Below are positions 33,566 through 37,239 of a DNA stretch of 37,239 nucleotides, one piece after another. The notes below the pieces were generated by a model. The model saw only the letters and a list, made by a program, of their open reading frames with translations, did no database searches and was not told the origin of the DNA. Origin of the DNA: Candidatus Eiseniibacteriota bacterium (GTDB lineage Bacteria > Chloroflexota > Dormibacteria > Dormibacterales > Dormibacteraceae); NCBI GenBank assembly GCA_035635595.1, contig DASQAU010000009.1:1-37239 (forward strand). Direction: 5' to 3'. The position numbers and the translations under genes were made by a program. Numbering within the stretch: position 1 is the first letter of the stretch; each line of letters begins with the position of its first letter.

Positions 33566-34234
33566 ATGAAGCCGGCCGAAGTGTTCGCTGACAAACCTCT
33601 CCTGCGTGGCTGGTCGCACGCTGTCGCCGCGCTGGTGGCGATCGCGGGGTTGGTCGCACTGATCGTCATCACGCGCCACGACACGGCGAAGCTCGTCTCG
33701 ATGGTCGTGTACGGAACCGCGCTCGTGATGTTGTTTGCAGTGAGCGCGACGTATCACATCTTCAACTGGCCGCCGCGAGTCAAGGACTGGCTGCGCCGCG
33801 CCGACCACGCCACGATCTTCGTGTTCATCGCGGCAACCTATACGCCGCTGATGTTCAACGTGCTCGAGGGGTGGTGGCGCATCGGTGTCCTGGCCGCGAT
33901 CTGGATCAGCGCTTTGGCCGGAGTCGCCGGCGCCGCGCCTTTCCTCCGCATCCCGCGCCAGCTGCTGGCGGCGCTCTACCTGGCGATGGGCTGGGTCGCG
34001 GTGGTCGCCTTGGTGCCGCTGACGGCGGCGTTGGGATGGGTCGCCGCGCTGCTGATCGCTTTCGGCGGCCTCCAGTACTCGCTCGGGGCGGCGGCCTATG
34101 CGTTCAGGCGGCCGCGATTATGGCCGAGGGTTTTTGGCTATCACGAGGTGTTCCACCTGGCGGTGATCAGCGCGAGCGTCACGTTTTACGTTGTTGTCGT
34201 GCACTACGCCGTTCCGTACCATCGGTTGAGCTAA
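33566..34234 (+). CDS. hemolysin III / PAQR-family channel protein
   Basis: LLRGWSHAVAA, ADHATIFVFIAATYTP, GYHEVFHLAVI, seven TM segments. This is the 3' part of the track ORF 32858..34234, starting at ATG 33566. Confidence 0.85.
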   Translation: MKPAEVFADKPLLRGWSHAVAALVAIAGLVALIVITRHDTAKLVSMVVYGTALVMLFAVSATYHIFNWPPRVKDWLRRADHATIFVFIAATYTPLMFNVLEGWWRIGVLAAIWISALAGVAGAAPFLRIPRQLLAALYLAMGWVAVVALVPLTAALGWVAALLIAFGGLQYSLGAAAYAFRRPRLWPRVFGYHEVFHLAVISASVTFYVVVVHYAVPYHRLS

Positions 34235-34263
34235 GCCCCCCGCCCCTCCGGCGCTTCGCGCCA

Positions 34264-34284
34264 CCTCCCCACGCGGTGGGGAGG
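34264..34284. repeat. third copy (opposite orientation) of the REP-like palindrome CCTCCCCAC-GCG-GTGGGGAGG
   Basis: Perfect 9-bp stem and 3-nt loop. It directly abuts the TAG stop (34285-34287) of the minus-strand carboxyltransferase and lies 29 nt after the hemolysin-III stop. It probably acts as a bidirectional terminator hairpin. Confidence 0.8.
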
Positions 34285-35808
34285 CTAGACCGGCGGGACT
34301 CCGTGTTTGCGGTCTGAGCGGGTTGAGACCCGCGTGCTGTAGGCCTTGAAGCGCGCGATCAAGGTTTCGCGCAGCTGCTCTGCTTCCACCACGTCGTCGA
34401 CGATCAGGTTGGAGGCGAGCTTGAAGAGGTCGACGTCCTCGCGGTATTCGTCCTCGAGCTGCTTGCGGCGCGCGGGCCGCTCGCTCTCTGGCAGGTCCGC
34501 GAGCTTGTTGAAGAAGACAGCGTTGACCGCCGGCTCCGGCCCCATCACCGCGATCTGCGCCGAGGGCAGCGCGATGACGGCGTCGGAGTCGAATGCGGGG
34601 CCGGCCATCGCGTAAAGACCTGCCCCGTACGCCTTGCGCACGATCACGCTGATCTTCGGCACCGTGGCTTCGGACACGGCGCTGATCATCTTCGCGCCAT
34701 GCCGGATGATGCCGCGCTTTTCGACGTCCGTGCCGATCATGAAACCGGGCACGTCGGCCAGGAAGAGCAGAGGGATCTCGAATGCGTCACAAAGCCAGAT
34801 GAAGCGCGCCGCCTTGTCCGCCGAGTCGTTGAAGAGCACGCCGCCCTTCTGCATCGGCTGGTTGGCGAGGACGCCGACGGCGTGCCCGTCCAGCCGGGCG
34901 AAGCCGGTGAGCAGCTCCTTCGCGAACAGCTTCTTGATCTCGAGCCAGCTGCCGTCGTCGATGATCCCGTCGATCAGCTTGCGCATGTCGTAGCCGCGGT
35001 TGGCTTCGGTGGGGATCAACTCGCCCAACGGTTTCGCTGAGGCACGAGCTGGCTTCGCCGCGATGGCGGCGGGCTTTTCCCTGCTCCGCTGCGGCATGTA
35101 AGCGAAATAAGCGCGTGCGAACTCGATCGCCTCCTTGTCATCCGCCACCAGCGCATCGCCGCAGCCGCTCTCGGTGCAGTGCATGCGGGCGCCGCCCAGC
35201 TCTTCGAGGGTCACCTTTTCCCCGACGACCACCTCCACCATGCGCGGTGATCCGAGATACATCGACGCGTTGCCCTCGACCATGATCACGATGTCGCAGA
35301 AGGCGGGAATGTAGGCGCCGCCGGCGGCAGAAGGACCAAACAGCAGGCAGATCTGGGGGACCAATCCGGACAGCTGTACCTCGTTGAAGAAGATGCGTCC
35401 TGCATGGCGCCGCCCCGGGAACATGTCGATCTGGTCGGTGATGCGGGCGCCGGCGGAGTCGACGAGGTAGAAGAGCGGCACGCGGATGCGCCCGGCCACC
35501 TCCTGAATGCGCACGATCTTCTCGACAGTGCGGGCGCCCCAGCTGCCCGCCTTGACAGTCGGATCATTTGCCATCACGGCGACCTGCCGGCCGTCGATCG
35601 TGCCGAGTCCCGTCACGACCCCATCCGCGGGCAGGTCGTCCGCCAGGACGTTGGCGTACAGCCCGTCCTCAATGAAAGAGCCCTTGTCGAGCAGAAGGGC
35701 GAGGCGCTCGCGCGCGGTGAGCTTGTGCTGCTCTCGAAGCTTGGGCAGATACCGGGTGCCACCCTTGAGCGCCCGCTCGCGCAGCTCCCGATTTCGCGGG
35801 TTGCTCAC
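34285..35808 (-). CDS. acyl-CoA carboxylase carboxyltransferase beta subunit (methylcrotonyl-CoA carboxylase beta-like)
   Basis: KLTARERLALLLDKGSFIED, VMANDPTVKAGSWG, YLVDSAGARI, FGPSAAGGAYIPA. It is coupled to the upstream crotonase gene by a 4-nt overlap. Confidence 0.85.
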   Translation of the reverse strand: MSNPRNRELRERALKGGTRYLPKLREQHKLTARERLALLLDKGSFIEDGLYANVLADDLPADGVVTGLGTIDGRQVAVMANDPTVKAGSWGARTVEKIVRIQEVAGRIRVPLFYLVDSAGARITDQIDMFPGRRHAGRIFFNEVQLSGLVPQICLLFGPSAAGGAYIPAFCDIVIMVEGNASMYLGSPRMVEVVVGEKVTLEELGGARMHCTESGCGDALVADDKEAIEFARAYFAYMPQRSREKPAAIAAKPARASAKPLGELIPTEANRGYDMRKLIDGIIDDGSWLEIKKLFAKELLTGFARLDGHAVGVLANQPMQKGGVLFNDSADKAARFIWLCDAFEIPLLFLADVPGFMIGTDVEKRGIIRHGAKMISAVSEATVPKISVIVRKAYGAGLYAMAGPAFDSDAVIALPSAQIAVMGPEPAVNAVFFNKLADLPESERPARRKQLEDEYREDVDLFKLASNLIVDDVVEAEQLRETLIARFKAYSTRVSTRSDRKHGVPPV

Positions 35809-36599
35809 CGTCCTTTGAAGTCCGGCTCGCGCTTCTCAAAGAAGGCCTTGATGCCTTCTTTCGAATCCTCGGTCAGCGTGATCAGCGTGAACTGGCTGTG
35901 CAGATAGTCGAGCGCCGCGCGGAACTCCATGTCCTGGTGCCGGTAAAACGAGTCCCGACCAAGGCGCATCGCCACTGGTGACTTCTTGGCGAGCTTGTCG
36001 GTGATCTCCTTGACTGCGCCGTCGAGCTGGTCGTGCGGCACGACCCGGTTGATCGCGCCGAACCCTTCCATCTGAGTCGCTGTCCAGCGGTCGCCGAGCA
36101 TCTCCATCTCGAGCAGGATCTTGCGCGGCAGGTTGCGCGACAGAATCGCCTGGATCATCATCGGCCAGATCCCGACGTTGATCTCGGGCAGGCCGAACGT
36201 CGCTGTGTCGGTCGAGACCACCAGGTCGCACGCGCAGGCAAGCCCGAAGCCGCCGGCGAGTGCGTGCCCGTTGATGCGGCCGACGATCGGCTTGCCCAGG
36301 CTCGTCATCAACGCGAAGAGGTCGACGAAAAGGTCGCGGCTGCGATGACGCTCCAGGTCGGACATGCCTCCGTCGAAGCTGGCGAGGTCGGCCCCGGCGC
36401 AAAAAGCCCTGTCGCCGGCGCCGGTCAGGACGACCACACGCACCTCGGGCTCGTGCTGGCACCACCGGAACGCGCCGGCGAGGTCGCGCAGCATGGTGGC
36501 GGAGAGGGGGTTGCGCTGCTCGGGGCGATTCAATGTGACGGTCGCAACGTGTCCGTCGACGGCAACCAAAACCTGTTCTAGCGCCGGAAGGTCAGTCAC
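35805..36599 (-). CDS. enoyl-CoA hydratase/isomerase (crotonase) family, methylglutaconyl-CoA hydratase-like
   Basis: VVVLTGAGDRAFCAGADL and INGHALAGGFGLACACDL. GTG start. Confidence 0.85.
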   Translation of the reverse strand: MTDLPALEQVLVAVDGHVATVTLNRPEQRNPLSATMLRDLAGAFRWCQHEPEVRVVVLTGAGDRAFCAGADLASFDGGMSDLERHRSRDLFVDLFALMTSLGKPIVGRINGHALAGGFGLACACDLVVSTDTATFGLPEINVGIWPMMIQAILSRNLPRKILLEMEMLGDRWTATQMEGFGAINRVVPHDQLDGAVKEITDKLAKKSPVAMRLGRDSFYRHQDMEFRAALDYLHSQFTLITLTEDSKEGIKAFFEKREPDFKGR

Positions 36600-36605
36600 G
36601 CGGTA

Positions 36606-36611
36606 ATCGTA
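36606..36611 (-). promoter_or_regulatory. -10-like hexamer TACGAT (minus strand), 6 nt upstream of the crotonase GTG
   Basis: The minus strand reads TACGAT-taccgc-GTG. Confidence 0.35.
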
Positions 36612-36625
36612 GGTTCGCCGCGCCC

Positions 36626-36651
36626 CCAGCCGGGTTGCCCAGCCGGATTGC
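36626..36651. repeat. tandem 13-nt direct repeat CCAGCCGG(G/A)TTGC x2
   Basis: 36626-36638 and 36639-36651 differ at one position. It lies 27-52 nt upstream of the crotonase start. Possible operator. Confidence 0.35.
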
Positions 36652-36798
36652 GGGCACTTCCTTTGCGTTGCTTAACAAAAATACTTTGCCGCCCGGATAA
36701 TTCGGATTCAGAATGGCAGCGAATCTGCAACCGCCCCTGTCACCCAAAGTTAGGCCCGCAGTCGCTTAAACCATATACTCCCGCCCACCAAGAAAGAA

Positions 36799-37164
36799 AT
36801 GAAGCTCAAACGCGAACCTGTCGCGGCCACGGCCGCGGCACCCACACAGGCCAATGGGATCGATCTCGACAAGCCAATCTTCACGCTGAGCGTGGCTTCC
36901 GAGATCCTGGAGGTGCACCCCCGGACTTTGATGATGTACGAGCACCTGAGCATGGTGCAACCGAGGCGAACTGTGACCAATCGCCGGCGTTACTCGCGTC
37001 GCGACGTGATGAAGCTGCAAGCCATCCAGACGCTCACCCGCGAGCATCACGTCAATCTCGCCGGCGTCCGTTACATCCTGGCGTTGCTCAAGCGCCTTCA
37101 CAACGCGGGTGTCGAACCACCGGATGGCTTGAAAAACCTGGACGTGTCGCAGCTCGACGTCTGA
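36799..37164 (+). CDS. MerR-family regulator, HspR-like
   Basis: FTLSVASEILEVHPRTLMMYEHLSMVQPRRTVTNRRRYSRRDVMKLQAIQTLTREHHVNLAGVRYIL closely follows the HspR/MerR HTH pattern. Confidence 0.8.
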   Translation: MKLKREPVAATAAAPTQANGIDLDKPIFTLSVASEILEVHPRTLMMYEHLSMVQPRRTVTNRRRYSRRDVMKLQAIQTLTREHHVNLAGVRYILALLKRLHNAGVEPPDGLKNLDVSQLDV

Positions 37165-37195
37165 ATAACCCCAGTTCCGGGTTGATGGAAGGTAA

Positions 37196-37239
37196 ATGTC
37201 AAAGAAGAGAAGACGCTTAGAGATCAAGGTCGAACCCCT
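37196..37239 (+). CDS. possible start of a further CDS (MSKKRRRLEIKVEP...), truncated by the window end
   Basis: ATG 37196 is preceded by ggaagg at suitable spacing. Only 14 codons are visible. Confidence 0.25.
   Translation, partial: MSKKRRRLEIKVEP

Noticed and set aside
36660-36798. HspR operator (HAIR) or MerR-type long-spacer promoter in front of the HspR-like gene
   Set aside because: No CTTGAGT-N7-ACTCAAG-like inverted repeat is present. The TTGCTT...GATAAT pair is 22 nt apart, which is too long to assert.

Overview
This is a high-GC, densely packed bacterial chromosomal segment. The bacterial assignment rests on a peptidoglycan amidase, lipobox lipoproteins, ClpP and LysR/ArsR/MerR regulators. 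All product names come from motif recognition in the supplied translations and my own hand translation; I ran no searches. About 48 CDS are supportable, most of them housekeeping or metabolic: two acyl-CoA carboxyltransferase beta genes (one truncated at the left edge and missing from the ORF track), pckA, clpP, a fused MoaD-MoaE, amidases, methyltransferases, an NhaP-type antiporter, hemolysin III, four MBL-fold hydrolases, and an ATP-dependent DNA ligase with a ligase-associated-type MBL/beta-CASP exonuclease nearby. By hand folding I found two divergent tRNA-Arg genes (anticodons GCG and CCG). I also found a 54-nt direct copy of the 3' part of tRNA-Arg(GCG) about 2 kb downstream of it. That copy brackets a small integrase-less islet carrying a secreted PAP2/vanadium-haloperoxidase-like gene. 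Two short palindromic repeat families occur in the window. One is CCTCCCCAC-GCG-GTGGGGAGG; the other is a bipartite TTTCCGCGCGGAAA element with identical 42-nt phasing at two loci. Many genes appear leaderless, with TANNNT (often TACGAT) boxes 6-9 nt upstream of the start codon. These include 21-23 nt divergent intergenic regions that share one AT-rich core. I saw no CRISPR array, rRNA, transposase or recognisable defence system. The best novelty candidates are listed here. (1) The rearranged ligase/exonuclease cluster, which has an inserted, translationally coupled pair of small Cys-rich ORFs and unusual partners. (2) The tRNA-Arg islet and its surrounding accessory-looking segment (about 23.3-29.6 kb), which is flanked by two paralogous lipoproteins of unknown function. 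(3) The phased palindrome elements. (4) A tyrosine recombinase co-transcribed with a stand-alone cNMP-binding protein. None of these can be confirmed without database searches and comparative genomics.
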